Source: an uncultured Rhizobiaceae bacterium (GTDB lineage Bacteria; Pseudomonadota; Alphaproteobacteria; UBA828). Taken from it: a stretch of DNA of 64,000 nucleotides. Below the pieces are notes generated by a model. It was not told where the DNA came from. It saw only the letters and a list, made by a program, of their open reading frames with translations, and searched no databases. Below, piece by piece: positions 63,669 to 64,000 of the stretch. Location of the stretch: assembly GCA_964413115.1 (NCBI GenBank), contig CAYPSQ010000002.1:8639-72638 (forward strand), in the 5' to 3' direction. How positions within the stretch are numbered: the first letter of the stretch is position 1; every line of letters starts with the position of its first letter. The translations under genes and the position numbers were made by a program.

Positions 63669-64000
63669 TTAAATGAGAGCGCGCTTCAACTCCGCAGCCA
63701 AATCGGTTCGCTCCCAGGAAAAGCCACCGTCAGGTTCTGGTTCGCGGCCAAAATGGCCATACGCCGAGGTGCGCGCATAGATTGGCCGGTTAAGTTTCAA
63801 ATGCTGACGAATGCCGCGCGGCGTGAGGTCCATTGCCTCGCCCAGGGTCGAAGCGAGCTTACCTTCGTCTACCTGACCAGTATCGTGGGTATTGACATAG
63901 ATCGACAGCGGTTTGGCCACACCGATGGCGTAGCTGAGCTGAATAGTGCAGCGCGTGGCGAGCTCGGCGAAGACGATATTCTTGGCGAGGTAACGCGCTG
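63669..64000 (-). CDS. metK: S-adenosylmethionine synthetase, C-terminal part. Gene continues past the right window edge.
   Basis: C-terminal ...[33 protein letters not shown] is MetK-specific. Confidence 0.85.
   Translation of the reverse strand, partial: ARYLAKNIVFAELATRCTIQLSYAIGVAKPLSIYVNTHDTGQVDEGKLASTLGEAMDLTPRGIRQHLKLNRPIYARTSAYGHFGREPEPDGGFSWERTDLAAELKRALI

Overview
High-GC alphaproteobacterial chromosomal window (Rhodospirillales-like, because dnaA-dnaN-recF-gyrB are contiguous). Core housekeeping DNA; no transposases, integrases, tRNAs or CRISPR arrays found. Layout: (1) 1-2646: C-truncated RegB/PrrB-type redox sensor kinase on the minus strand, divergent from an ABC-2 exporter pair. 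(2) 2647-25982: a ~23 kb cobalamin biosynthesis cluster. It includes a cobalamin riboswitch in front of cobU(cobP)-btuF-like-cobW-cobN-cobO-cobQ. Its composition is hybrid: a complete early-cobalt-type enzyme set (CbiX long form, CbiG fused to CobJ, CbiD) sits beside the late chelatase CobN/CobW, and a SCO1/SenC copper-chaperone homologue is embedded between cobA and cobB. (3) 25979-35472: class A PBP, gyrB-recF-dnaN-dnaA, a rhodanese ORF directly upstream of and in frame with dnaA, then rpsT. (4) 35562-47808: enoyl-CoA hydratase, fpg-ubiE-ubiB, pxpCB, coaBC-dut-rrf2-cysK-moeB, a low-GC islet with a ParB-N-like mini-protein and an orphan Cys-rich ORF, and a 2-hydroxyacid dehydrogenase. (5) 47941-53115: SH3b protein, an irr (Fur-family, HHH motif) to rubrerythrin to [4Fe-4S]/CCG HdrD-like protein to DUF3501 module with a near-perfect Irr box (TTTAGAA-TGA-TTCTAAG) in its promoter, and an NMO-family flavoprotein. 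(6) 53308-64000: pnp-rpsO-truB-rbfA-infB-ylxR/L7Ae-nusA-rimP, trmB, and metK (partial). The most interesting candidate for an uncharacterised system is the Irr-box-controlled rubrerythrin/FeS-CCG/DUF3501 operon. Secondary candidates are the SCO1-in-cob-operon, the dual-chelatase hybrid cob cluster, the rhodanese-dnaA coupling, and the low-GC ParB-like islet. The many long antisense ORFs inside genes are treated as GC-driven artefacts.
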